From assembly GCA_039621445.1 (NCBI GenBank), contig CP154954.1, forward strand, positions 44,061,847 through 44,125,846: DNA of 64,000 nucleotides, read 5' to 3'. The stretch comes from Euglena gracilis (taxonomy: Eukaryota). Under the pieces are notes generated by a model. That model was not told the origin of the DNA. It ran no database searches and was given only the letters and a program-made list of their open reading frames with translations. Both the position numbers and the translations under genes were made by a program. Of this stretch, positions 22,451-37,462 are shown piece after piece. Every line of letters begins with the position of its first letter. Position 1 is the stretch's first letter.

Positions 22451-25400
22451 CGTGTAGAGGTACACCACCAATGGTAGGGGCCGCCACCTAACCCTACAAC
22501 CACCCCCCACCCCGCAAACTGTCCTTCTTTTCCTCTGCGGAGGAAACCCCAAACCACTCTAACCGAAGCCTCATAAATCCCCAACAAATCTGCAAATGCT
22601 GCTCTTTGAATTAACATCAGAGCGGTTACACTAGCTACCCCAAACCCCGCCAAAAGATAAAATCCAGTCTAACTTTGGGTCCGTTGCAGGAAACCAAGAA
22701 CAGTGTTATTTGGGGGGGGGGTATATTTTGATGGACTCAGGCCTGAAGTCTTTGCACCATTTGTAAATTGGTATACACTGAAATCCTTCGGTCACAGAGG
22801 TCAAAAACAATCAGCGTTTTCGTCAATTTTGTGTCAAAAGAGGGTTTCAATAATTTTTCAGTGGCTTTTGATAATTCCCAGTGGGGTCATATTTGGGGGT
22901 GGCGGTTATGGGTATCTATCTCCTACCACTGTATTTGGACCAGGCCAGTTGTGTGAGAGCAGATATTCCCTTACCTGACCCTTTCCAAAACAAACCCTTG
23001 TGCACGGGGGCGAGGCAGGCAGCCCACACTGTGGTGTTGTTGAACAGCACCCCATCTTTGATTTCTTTGCCATCAACAGGGCCCCATCTTTGGATAATGC
23101 AAGATAGCAGCCTCTATCAACGAGGGGGCAGTGACTTCGACAAAGGTGTCTATTCTGGGTTTAAAACGGCCAAAAACCCACGTTAATTTGGATTTGGAAT
23201 TAACACTTGCCCTCCATCAGCGTCAGGATCACACATGGGAAACCTTCAAGGTCCCTGGTATCGCCCAACTTGTCAGGGTCAAATTAAATTGATTTTCCCA
23301 CAAATCCCCTCCCAGGAAACTGTCAGGGTCCCTCCTTGTCAGTGTGGGAAGTTGTCAGGGTCTGTGGGACTGGCCGACCTGTCCCGTGACAGTTTCCTGG
23401 GCAGGTGGTTGGGGGGCTTCTTCGGCTATGGACTCCTTTAGCTGTTTAGCTGCTAGTTTAGGTTAAAGCACTCAAAGCTGCACACGAGCCCTCAGGAAGG
23501 AAGAGGCGACATGCCAGGTTTAAGCAGACCTTTCTGAGACTCAGATTTAGGCAACAATTGATTTGTTTGGGAGTTGTGTTTGCAAGTGAAGGCTTCATTT
23601 TGCCAAACAAATTCGATGCCTCAAGTTTCCAGACCTCAATTTTACACAGCACACTGAAGCAGAGGTGGCTGGGTGGGCTGGGGCACACTGATGCATGGGC
23701 TGTGGCCATGCCAGTGGAAACACACCATCGCTGTGGCCCATTGGCTGGCAGAGGCTTTGGGGCTGGGGGTTGGGTCTGACCCACAGAATTTCCAGGTGTT
23801 CCACTATTCAGTGTGTACTGTACTGTACTACTGTACTGTAAAGTCCTGCTCTTTGACTTCTACACTGCCGAAATTCCTGAAAAGAGCATCATATGCACAT
23901 TTCCCCCGACACAGATGCACTTGCATACGGGGGATCACTTGGACGTCGAGTGCAGTTCGGGCACGCCCCTAGGCACATTTCCCCCCGACACAGATGCACT
24001 TGCATACGGGGGATCACTTGGACGTCTCGAGTGCGTTTCGGGCACGGAAAGAAGGGGGCCCTAGGCGCGATGTTCGCCGGGGGACAAGTCCCCGGCGGCC
24101 TCGCCGTAATTGGGCCGCAGGAGCTGCAGCAGGATGAAGATGCGGGTGCGGGCGAGCAGCAGGTTGACGTACGACCGGGAGAAGTCGTCGGGCCAGGTCT
24201 TGTGGAGGCCGCAGGAGATGAACTCCACGAAGTCGGTCCGGGCGTCGGGGGGAAGGACGCAGCCTGGTGGGGGGGGGGGGGGGCCCCAGCCCCGCCCACG
24301 GGGCAAACAGGCCCCAAAAGGGGAAAGGCAACCCTCAGGGGTCAGGATCAGGTTTGGTTGGTCAGCCGCGGGGGGTTGGGGGGGGGGGTATTAAGTGGTG
24401 GCTAAGTCCAGGAATTGTTTTGTTTGAATTCCGACCAGAGGTTGTTTTTTTTATGGTTTAAGGCCCGGGCAAGGGGGGGGTCCGAACCCACCCACCCACC
24501 CCCTGGAAATTCCACGGGGCGGGGGGGTCCCACTTTTGGTCAAATTTTGGGGTCCAAAAACTTCGGCAATTCATGCCGAAAATAGAAGGAAACTCCCACC
24601 TCCAGCGGGGCACCAACCCCCACCCCGGGTGGGGCGGGGGGATGGGGGATTCAGCCGGATCCACCCACCCACCCCAGTCACAAAAGTTTAAGAAAATTCA
24701 CTGGATCCGACCCCCCCCAAAATGACTCCTGAACCCCCAAATTGGCAATTTTCGGCAAAACTCTTCAAAAATGGCGTTTTCAACAATGGTTGGTCGCAAA
24801 AAAAAAATGCCAAAAATCAGTTTTTGGGTGTTTTGCAGCCGAATAAATCATCCACAATATCGTTGGCTTTTCTCCCCCTCGAGGGTTTATAAGTCGTCCT
24901 TTGGTTGGTCGGCCCAGGGGGGAGGTTGTGAGTTGAAAGGGGGGAGGCTATACGTGGGAGAGGGGTGTGAATGAGTGGGGTCATTTCGTCTCTTTTTTGG
25001 CTGATCATTCTCCAGAGTCGATCCATCCACAACTGAGTCCCGACAGACAAGTGCCCCGGAATGGGAAACTTCGAAAATATGCGATGCAGTGATCTCCCGA
25101 AGCTGCCTGTGTTAGGGCTGTCAGTCAGGATGTGCCCAGCCCCTTCATGGGGGGGGGGGACAACGGGTGGTCTTCAGAGGGGAGGGGGGAGGGGGGTGGC
25201 AGACACCCTTGGCAGGCTGAGGCTCTCCGAGGCGGACCATCCTCGTCAGGCTGACTTTTACCAAATTGGGTGGGAGGGGGGTGGTTGGGCTGACCTGGTC
25301 GTGGGAAGAAATGCCCAAAATGGCCCTTTCCTGGGCTTTTGGCCCTTTCGGCACCGGAGTGCCTTGTCCGAGCTCCCAGGCACTTTTGGCCACATGTGCC

Positions 25401-28400
25401 CCACCCCCTGGACATGTGGGGGTTTTGGATTGCCTCCCCAGGCAGGCCCCCTCCCATCAGGCCACCAGGGGAGTGCCTTGTGCAAAGGGGTGCTTGCGCA
25501 CCCCCCCCCCCAGGTGGGTCGGTTCTGGACCCCGGTGCATGCCAACCAAGCCACCTTTCCCTTGAAAAGGCCATTTTCGGGCTCTGGCGCCGAAGGCCTT
25601 TGGCGCCGGGGGGGGGGGGGGTGCGACAGCACTGCCACCCCAAAACCTGACCCCCCACGACACCCTGGCACCTCCCCCCTCCAAGGAGGGGGGTGCAAAC
25701 TTCCTTAAAAGGAAGCCTGCCCCCCCCAGTCAAGTTCAGCCTGGTCGTCATAAAGAAGAGGTCCGCGATGTGTGAGAAGCCACAAAAGCACTGGCCCATC
25801 GGCTTCAGCCCACTGGACGGTCGCTTGCAGCACGTGGGCCCTTCCAGCCAGTGCGCCCGCATCTGCCGGAACCGCTTCAGCTGCGGGCTTGGCAGTGGCC
25901 GGAAGGCTTGGGGTTCCCCAAGCCACACCCTCACCCCTCCCCACCCCTTCAGCTTTGATCAAAAGCATTGTGCCAGCGAAGTGTCAGGGTCACGCAATTT
26001 TTTTCCTGGGAGTGGTCATTTACATTTTCCAGAAACCAGTCAGTCACTTTTTTGGAAAACCAGTCGGTCCCTCCAACACCCACCCCCCAAGGAGGGGTCG
26101 GTCAGGTCACAGATGAGAAGAAAATATCTGAGAGGCACTGCCGAGGACGGTCCAGCTCAAAGTCGTGCAGCTTGGAGTCGCGGAACTCCTTCACCACATC
26201 CTTGAAGCCCGCCAGCTCCGCGAAGAAGTGGGCCGACCAGGGCAACCATCGCCCCCGGGGCCGCGGGGCTGGCCAATTTTTATTTGCAATTATTGGCATT
26301 GTTTTTTGCCAATGGCTAATAAAACACTGCGACGCCAACCTCTTCGGCAGGGAACACGGGGATCTCGACCACACGTGGTCTCCCACATGGCTAGATTCCG
26401 GAATTCAAATGACGTGCTGACACAAGCACCCCAAACTCTGAAGCTTCCAGGCGGTGCACAGTGCGCCGGCCCCAAGAAAGCACCACATGCGCTTCTGGCC
26501 CCTCCTTGGGTTCCCTCTTTTGTCAGTTCTTCCAGGGGGGGGAGGAGGCGCCGCCACCCCAGCCGGAAGTCCGGCAGCACGTCTATCATGGCGGGGAGGG
26601 CCGGGTCCTTGGCCTGCACCGCCTCCTGCAGCTGGTAGAGGGAGAGTGGGGTGATCTCCGGCAGCCTCTGGAAGTGGCGCCAGGGACCAGCAGGCGGCAT
26701 TTGACCGACCCCACCAACCCCGAAGCTTGGATTTTGCCAGAACGTTGACCAGCATTGAAGCATCGAAGCAGAACATTGACAAACACATTGAAAGGACGGG
26801 GATTATTGGCAAAACAGGGGGGGCAGAGGAAATGGGGAATGGGTGTGAGCTCCACCCCCCAAAGAAGAAGTTGCGGCAGCCCAAAACTGCTGGGACCCCA
26901 TGGGGGGTCCCAGTGGATTGACGGGGGTTATTTATGGAGTAGGGTTGGGGTTTCAATTTAGGCCCATATTTCATCCGATTTTCATTTGGCCTAAATTAGG
27001 CCTAAATTCAGGTCTCAGTTTTGTCAATTTAGGCACTGATTTTGCGAAAATTGAGGCCTAAAAGGCTAAATTGTAACCCTAACCCTCCTCCATGAATAAC
27101 CCCCCGTTATACTGTTGTGCTAATGGGACCCCCTCCTGGGGGGTCCAGTAGTATTGCTGCCGAAGTTACATCGACCAGCAGCCACCATGCCAAACGTTCA
27201 GCGATGGGATCATGTGCAATGGAAGGTGAACAGCTATGTTCTCCTTCTGCCTGCCTTGGTTGACTCATCCGCTTTGGGGTCAATTCGGAAGAACCATATT
27301 TTTAACATCCTCCTTGCACAATCACATTGAAAATTTTCCACTTGGCGCTGAAATTAAAAGCAAATTTTAATGGCTGTGAAGAGGCCAAAAAAAAATACAT
27401 TTTTGAACATCAATGGTGCAAATGTATCCATTTTCAAATTGCTGAATTCATCACCCACACTTTGAGCCGGGGGGAGGAGAACTCCTGGCAGAAGATGGCA
27501 CCTGTGGTTTGAGTTTGGTCTCCTTACATCACCCTTCTCCAGACCACACCACAGTTGTGAAAGCAGGGGGAAAGCAACGGCATTCGGTGAGGAGGGAGGG
27601 CAACCGCCGGAGCATTGGGGGGAAGTGAAGCGACACTACGATGGTCCCTGGTCCGGGAAAGACATCCGGAAAGCGTGCCTTCAGCACTTCTTCGAAGCCA
27701 TGCTCCGAAAGGACCCGAAGGGGAACTCTCCTTCAGATGGTGCGTGGCAAAAAAATGCCTTACGGAAGAAACCGGAAACCTCAAAAGCTCAAAAAAAAAC
27801 CGAAGCAGCGTGGGGAAAAGAAGGAGGAAAACTGTTAAACTTATCTTGACGAGGATCTTGATGATCCTGATGTCTCTCACCTGGGGACGTCATAACAACT
27901 AAAGTTTGCTTCTGACCAGGGAGGGGGTTCCCCAAGTCGGCAAAAATTGGACATAGGATGGATGGATGGATGGATGGATGGATGGATGGATGGATGGATG
28001 GATGGATGGATGGATGGATGGATGGATGGATGGATGGATGGATGGATGGATGGATGGATGGATGGATGGATGGATGGATGGATGTGTGTATGCATGTATG
28101 TATGTATGTACGTACGTATGTATGTATGTTATGTATGTATGTATGTATGTATGTATGTATGTATGTATGTATGTATGTATGTAGGTATGTATGTATGTAT
28201 GTATGTATGTATGTATGTATGTATGTATGTATGTATGTATGTATGTATGTATGTATGTATGTATGTATGTATGTATGTATGTATGTATGTATGTATGTAT
28301 GTATGTATGTATGTATGTATGTATGTATGTATGTATGTAGGTATGTATGTATGTATGTATGTATGTATGTATGTATGTATGTATGTATGTATGTATGTAG

Positions 28401-30661
28401 GTATGTATGTATGTATGTATGTATGTATGTATGTATGTATGTATGTATGTATGTATGTATGTATGTATGTATGTATGTATGTATGTATGTATGTATGTAT
28501 GTATGTATGTATGTATGTAGGTATGTATGTATGTATGTATGTATGTATGTATGTATGTATGTATGTATGTATGTATGTATGTATGTATGTATGTATGTAT
28601 GTATGTATGTATGTATGTATGTATGTATGTATGTATGTATGTATGTATGTATGTATGTATGTATGTATGTATGTATGTATGTATGTATGTATGTATGTAT
28701 GTATGTATGTATGTATGTATGTATGTATGTATGTATGTATGTATGTATGATGTATGTATGTATGTATGTATGTATGTATGTATGTATGTATGTATGTATG
28801 TATGTATGTATGTATTTATGTATGTATGTATGTATGTATGTATGTATGTATGTATGCATGTATGTATGTATGTATGTATGTATGTATGTATGTATGTATG
28901 TATGTATGTATGTATGTATGTATGTATGTATGTATGTATGTATGTATGTATGTATGTATGTATGTATGTATGTATGTATGTATGTATGTATGTATGTATG
29001 TATGTATGTATGTATGTATGTATGTATGTATGTATGTATGTAGTATGTATGTAGGTATGTATGTATGTATGTATGTATGTATGTATGTATGTATGTATGT
29101 ATGTATGTATGTATGTATGTATGTATGTATGTATGTATGTATGTATGTATGTATGTATGTATGTATGTATGTATGTAGGTATGTATGTATGTATGTATGT
29201 ATGTATGTATGTATGTATGTATGTATGTATGTATGTATGTATGTATGTAGGTATGTATGTATGTATGTATGTATGTATGTATGTATGTATGTATGTATGT
29301 ATGTATGTATGTATGTATGTATGTATGTATGTATGTATGTATGTATGTATGTATGTATGTATGTATGTATGTATGTATGTATGTATGTATGTATGTATGC
29401 ATGGATGGATGGATGTATGTATGGATGGATGTATGTATGTATGTATGTATGTATGTATGGATGTATGTATGGATATGGTAGTATGTATGTATGTAGGTAG
29501 GTAGGTATATATATATATGTAGGTGTATGTATGTATGTATGTATGTATGTATGTATGTATGTATGTATGTATGTATGTATGTATGTATGTATGTATGTAT
29601 GTATGTATGTATGTATGTATGTATGTATGTATGTATGTATGTATGTATGTATGTATGTATGGTATGTATGTATGTATGTATGTGTATGTATGTATGTATG
29701 TATGTATGTATGTATGTATGTATGTATGTATGTATGTATGTATGTATGTATGTATGTATGTATGTATGTATGTATGTATGTATGTATGTATGTATGTATG
29801 TATGTATGTATGTATGTATGTATGTATGTATGTATGTATGTATGTATGTATGTATGTATGTATGTATGTATGTATGTATGTATGTATGTATGTATGTATG
29901 TATGTATGTATGTATGTATGTATGTATGTATGTATGTATGTATGTATGTATGTATGTATGTATGTATGTATGTATGTATGTATGTATGTATGTATGTATG
30001 TATGTATGTATGTATGTATGTATGTATGTATGTATGTATGTATGTATGTATGTATGTATGTATGTATGTATGTATGTATGTATGTATGTATGTATGTATG
30101 TATGTATGTATGTATGTATGTATGTATTTATGTATGTATGTATGTATGTATGTATGTAGTATGTATGTATGTATGTATGTATGTATGTATGTATGTATGT
30201 ATGTATGTATGCATGTATGCATGTATGTATGTATGTATGTATGTATGTATGTATGTATGTATGTATGTATGTATGTATGTATGTATGTATGTATGTATGT
30301 ATGTATGTATGTATGTATGTATGTATGTATGTATGTATGTATGTATGTATGTATGTATGTATGTATGTATGTATGTATGTATGTGTATGTATGTATGTAT
30401 GTATGTATGTATGTATGTATGTATGTATGTATGTATGTATGTATGTATGTATGTATGTATGTATGTATGTATGTATGTATGTATGTATGTATGTATGTAT
30501 GTATGTATGTATGTATGTATGTATGTATGTATGTATGTATGTATGTATGTATGTATGTATGTATGTATGTATGTATGTATGTATGTATGTATGTATGTAT
30601 GTATGTATGTATGTATGTATGTATGTATGTATGTATGTATGTATGTATGTATGTATGTATG

Positions 30662-30692
<31 letters not shown>

Positions 30693-31412
30693 TGTATGTA
30701 TGTAGGTATGTATGTATGTATGTATGTATGTATGTATGTATGTATGTATGTATGCATGAATGCATGCGTGCATGCACGCATGTATGGATACATGAATGCA
30801 TGGATGTATGTATGTATGTATGTATGGATGGATGGATGGATGGATGTATGTATGTATGTATGTATGTATGTATGTATGTATGTATGTATGTATGTATGTA
30901 TGTATGTATGTATGTATGTATGTATGTATGTATGTATGTATGTATGTATGTATGTATGTATGTATGTATGTATGCATGCATGTATGTATGTATGTATGTA
31001 TGTATGTATGTATGTATGTATGTATGTATGTATGTATGTATGTATGTATGTATGTATGTATGTATGTATGTATGTATGTATGTACGTATGTATGTACGTA
31101 CGTACGTATGTATGTATGTATGTATGTATGTATGTATGTATGTATGTATGTATGTATGTATGTATGTATGTATGTATGTATGTATGTATGTATGTATGTA
31201 TGTATGTATGTATGTATGTATGTATGTATGTATGTATGTATGTATGTATGTATGTATGTATGTATGTATGTATGTATGTATGATGTATGTATGGATGTAT
31301 GTATGTATGTATGTATGTATGTATGTATGTATGTATGTATGTATGTATGTATGTATGTATGTATGTATGTATGTATGTATGTATGTATGTAGTATGTATG
31401 TATGTATGTATG

Positions 31413-31443
<31 letters not shown>

Positions 31444-33676
31444 TGTATGTATGTATGTATGTATGTATGTATGTATGTATGTATGTATGTATGTATGTAT
31501 GTATGTATGTATGTATGTATGTATGTATGTATGTATGTATGTATGTATGTATGTATGTATGTATGTATGTATGCATGCATGATGCATGTATGATGCATGC
31601 TGCATGCATGCATGCATGCATGCATGCATGTATGTATGCATGCATGTATGCATGCATGCATGCATGCATGTATATATGTATGTATGTAGGCATGGATGCA
31701 TGCATGCATGCATGTAGTATGCATGCATGTATGTATGTATGTATGTATGTATGTATGTATGTATGTATGTATGTATGTATGTATGTATGTATGTATGTAT
31801 GTATGTATGTATGTATGTATGTATGTATGTATGTATGTATGTATGTATGTATGTATGTATGTAGGTATGTATGTATGTATGTATGTATGTATGTATGTAT
31901 GTATGTATGTATGTATGTATGTATGTATGTATGTATGTATGTATGTATGTATGTATGTATGTAGGTATGTATGTATGTATGTATGTATGTATGTATGTAT
32001 GTATGCATGTATGTATGTATGTATGTATGTATGTATGTATGTATGTATGTATGTATGTATGTATGTATGTATGTATGTATGTATGTATGTATGTATGTAT
32101 GTATGTATGTATGTATGTATGTATGTATGTATGTATGTATGTATGTATGTATGTATGTATGTATGTATGTATGTATGTATGTATGTATGTATGTATGTAT
32201 GTATGTATGTATGTATGTATGTATGTATGTATGTATGTAGTATGTATGTATGTATGTATGTATGTATGTATGTATGTATGTATGTATGTATGTATGTATG
32301 TATGTATGTATGTATGTATGTATGTATGTATGTATGTATGTATGTATGTATGTATGTATGTATGTATGTATGTATGTATGTATGTATGTATGTATGTATG
32401 TATGTATGTATGTATGTATGTATGTATGTATGTATGTATGTATGTATGTATGCATGTATGTATGTATGTATGTATGTATGTATGTATGTATGTATGTATG
32501 TATGTATGTATGTATGTATGTATGTATGTATGTATGTATGTATGTATGTATGTATGTATGTATGTATGTATGTATGTATGTATGTATGTATGTATGTATG
32601 TATGTATGTATGGATGTATGTATGTATGTATGTATGTATGCATGTATGTATGTATGTATGTATGTATGTATGTATGTATGTATGTATGTATGTATGTATG
32701 TATGTATGTATGTATGTATGTATGTATGTATGTATGGATGTATGTATGGTATGTATGTATGTATGTATGTAGGTGTATAATTATGTATGTATGTATGTAT
32801 GTATGTATGTATGTATGTATGTATGTATGTATGTATGGTATGTATGTAGTATGTATGTATGTATGTATGTATGTATGTATGTATGTATGTATGTATGTAT
32901 GTATGTATGTATGTATGTATGTATGTATGTATGTATGTATGTATGTATGTATGTATGTATGTATGTATGTATGTATGTATGTATGTATGTATGTATGTAT
33001 GTATGTATGTATGTATGTATGTATGTATGTATGTATGTATGTATGTATGTATGTATGTATGTATGTATGTATGTATGTATGTATGTATGTATGTATGTAT
33101 GTATGTATGTATGTATGTATGTATGTATGCATGTATGTATGTATGTATGTATGTATGTATGTATGTATGTATGTATGTATGTATGTATGTATGTATGTAT
33201 GTATGTATGTATGTATGTATGTATGTATGGTATGTATGTATGTATGTATGTATGTATGTATGTATGTATGTATGTATGTATGTATGTATGTATGTATGTA
33301 TGTATGTATGTATGTATGTATGTATGTATGTATGTATGTATGTATGTATGTATGTATGTATGTATGTATGTATGTATGTATGTATGTATGTATGTATGTA
33401 TGTATGTATGTATGTATGTATGTATGTATGTATGTATGTATGTATGTATGTATGTATGTATGTATGTATGTATGTATGTATGTATGTATGTATGTATGTA
33501 TGTATGTAGTATGTATGTATGTATGTATGTATGTATGTATGTATGTATGTATGTATGTATGTATGTATGTATGTATGTATGTATGTATGTATGTATGTAT
33601 GTATGTATGTATGTATGTATGTATGTATGTATGTATGTATGTATGTATGTATGTATGTATGATGTATGTATGTATG

Positions 33677-33708
<32 letters not shown>

Positions 33709-33758
33709 TGTATGTATGTATGTATGTATGTATGTATGTATGTATGTATGTATGTATG

Positions 33759-33789
<31 letters not shown>

Positions 33790-33938
33790 GTATGTATGTA
33801 TGCATGCATGCATGTATGTATGTATGTATGTATGTATGTATGTATGTATGTAGTATGTATGTAGTATGTATGTATGTATGTATGTATGTATGTATGTATG
33901 TATGTATGTATGTATGTATGTATGTATGTGTATGTATG

Positions 33939-33970
<32 letters not shown>

Positions 33971-36699
33971 TGTATGTATGTATGTATGTATGTATGTATG
34001 TATGTATGTATGTATGTATGTATGTATGTATGTATGTATGTATGTATGTATGTATGTATGTATGTATGTATGTATGTATGTATGTATGTATGTATGTATG
34101 TATGTATGTATGTATGTATGTATGTATGTATGTATGTATGTATGTATGTATGTATGTATGTATGTATGTATGTATGTATGTATGTATGTATGTATGTATG
34201 TATGTATGTATGTATGTATGTATGTATGTAGTATGTATGTATGTATGTATGTATGTATGTATGTATGTATGTATGTATGTATGTATGTATGTATGTATGT
34301 ATGTATGTATGTATGTATGTATGTATGTATGTGTATGTATGTATGTAGGATGTATGTATGTATGTATGTATGTATGTATGTATGTATGTATGTATGTATG
34401 TATGTATGTATGTATGTATGTATGTATGTATGTATGTATGTATGTATGTATGTATGTATGTATGTATGTATGTATGTATGTATGTATGGATGTATGTATG
34501 TATGTATGTATGTATGTATGTATGTATGTATGTATGTATGTATGTATGTATGTATGTATGTATGTATGTATGTATGTATGTATGTATGTATGTATGTATG
34601 TATGTATGTATGTATGTATGTATGTATGTAGTATGTTTGTATGTATGTATGTATGTATGTATGTATGTATGTATGTATGTATGTATGTATGTATGTATGT
34701 ATGTATGTATGCATGCATGTATGTATGTATGTATGTATGTATGTATGTATGTATGTATGTATGTATGTATGTATGTATGTATGTATGTATGTATGTATGT
34801 ATGTATGTATGTATGTATGTATGTATGTATGTATGTATGTATGTATGTATGTATGTATGTATGTATGTATGTATGTATGTATGTATGTATGTATGTATGT
34901 ATGTATGCATGTATGTATGTATGTATGTATGTATGTATGTATGTATGTATGTATGTATGTATGTATGTATGTATGTATGTATGTATGTATGTATGTATGT
35001 ATGTATGTATGTATGTATGTATGTATGTATGTATGTATGTATGTATGTATGTATGTATGTATGTATGTATGTATGTATGTATGTATGTATGTGTATGTAT
35101 GTATGTATGTATGTATGTATGTATGTATGTATGTATGTATGTATGTATGTATGTATGTATGTATGTATGTATGTATGTATGTATGTATGTATGTATGTAT
35201 GTATGTATGTATGTATGTATGTATGTATGTATGTATGTATGTATGTATGATGTATGTATGTATGTATGTATGTATGTATGTATGTATGTAGGTATGTATG
35301 TATGTATGTATGTATGTATGTATGTATGTATGTATGTATGGATGTATGTATGTATGTATGTATGTATGATGTATGTATGTATGTATGTATGTATGTATGT
35401 ATGTATGTATGTATGTATGTATGTATGTATGTATGTATGTATGTATGTATGTATGTATGTATGTATGTATGTATGTATGTATGTATGTATGTATGTATGT
35501 ATGTATGTATGTATGTATGTATGTATGTATGTATGTATGTATGTATGTATGTATGTATGTATGTATGTATGTATGTATGTATGTATGTATGTATGTATGT
35601 ATGTATGTATGTATGTATGTATGTATGTATGTATGTATGTATGTATGTATGTATGTATGTATGTATGTATGTATGTATGTATGTATGTATGTATGTATGT
35701 ATGTATGTATGTATGTATGTATGTATGTATGTATGTATGTATGTATGTATGTATGTATGTATGTATGTATGTATGTATGTATGTATGTATGTATGTATGT
35801 ATGTATGTATGTATGTTGTATGTATGTATGTATGTAGTATGTATGTATGTATGTATGTATGTATGTATGTATGTATGTATGTATGTATGTATGTATGTAT
35901 GTATGTATGTATGTATGTATGTATGTATGTATGTATGTATGTATGTATGTATGTATGTATGTATGTATGTATGTATGTATGTATGTATGTATGTATGTAT
36001 GTATGTATGTATGTATGTATGTATGTATGTATGTATGTATGTATGTATGTATGTATGTATGTATGTATGTATGTATGTATGTATGTATGTATGTATGTAT
36101 GTATGTATGTATGTATGTATGTATGTATGTATGTATGTATGTATGTTGTATGTATGTATGTATGTATGTATGTATGTATGTATGTATGTATGTATGTATG
36201 TATGTATGTATGTATGCATGCATGTATGTATGTATGTATGTATGTATGTATGTATGTATGTATGTATGCATGGATGTATGGATGGATGTATGTATGTATG
36301 GATGGATGGATGGATGGATGTATGTATGTATGTATGTATGTATGTATGTATGTATGTATGTATGTATGTATGTATGTATGTATGTATGTATGTATGTATG
36401 TATGTATGTATGTATGTATGTATGTATGTATGTATGTATGTATGTATGTATGTATGTATGTATGTATGTATGTATGTATGTATGTATGTATGTATGTATG
36501 TATGTATGTATGATGTACGTACGTACGTACGTACGTACGTACGTACGTACGTACGTATGTACGTACGTATGTATGTATGTATGTATGTATGTATGTATGT
36601 ATGTATGTATGTATGTATGTATGTATGTATGTATGTATGTATGTATGTATGTATGTATGTATGTATGTATGTATGTATGTATGTATGTATGTATGTATG

Positions 36700-36730
<31 letters not shown>

Positions 36731-36980
36731 TGTATGTATGTATGTATGTATGTATGTATGTATGTATGTATGTATGTATGTATGTATGTATGTATGTATG
36801 TATGTATGTATGTATGTATGTATGTATGTATGTATGTATGTATGTATGTATGTATGCATGTAAGTATGTATGCATGCATGTATGTATGTATGTATGTATG
36901 TATGTATGTATGTATGTATGTATGTATGTATGTATGTATGTATGTATGTATGTATGTATGTATGTATGTATGTATGTATG

Positions 36981-37011
<31 letters not shown>

Positions 37012-37430
37012 TGCAGCATGCATGCATGCATGCATTGCATGCATGCATGATGCATGGATTGGATGATGGATGGATGGATGGATGGATGGATGGATGGATG
37101 GATGGATGGATGGATGGATGGATGGATGGATGGATGGATGGATGGATGGATGGATGGATGGATGGATGGATGGATGGATGGATGGATGGATGGATGGATG
37201 GATGGATGGATGGATGGATGGATGGATGGATGGATGGATGGATGGATGGATGTATGGATGGATGGATGGATGGATGGGTGGGTGGGTGGGTGGGTGGGTG
37301 GGTGGGTGTGTATGTATGTATGTATGTAGGTAGGTAGGTAGGTAGGTATGTATGTATGTATGTATGTAGGTATGTATGTATGTATGTATGTATGTATGTA
37401 TGTATGTATGTATGTATGTATGTATGTATG

Positions 37431-37462
<32 letters not shown>

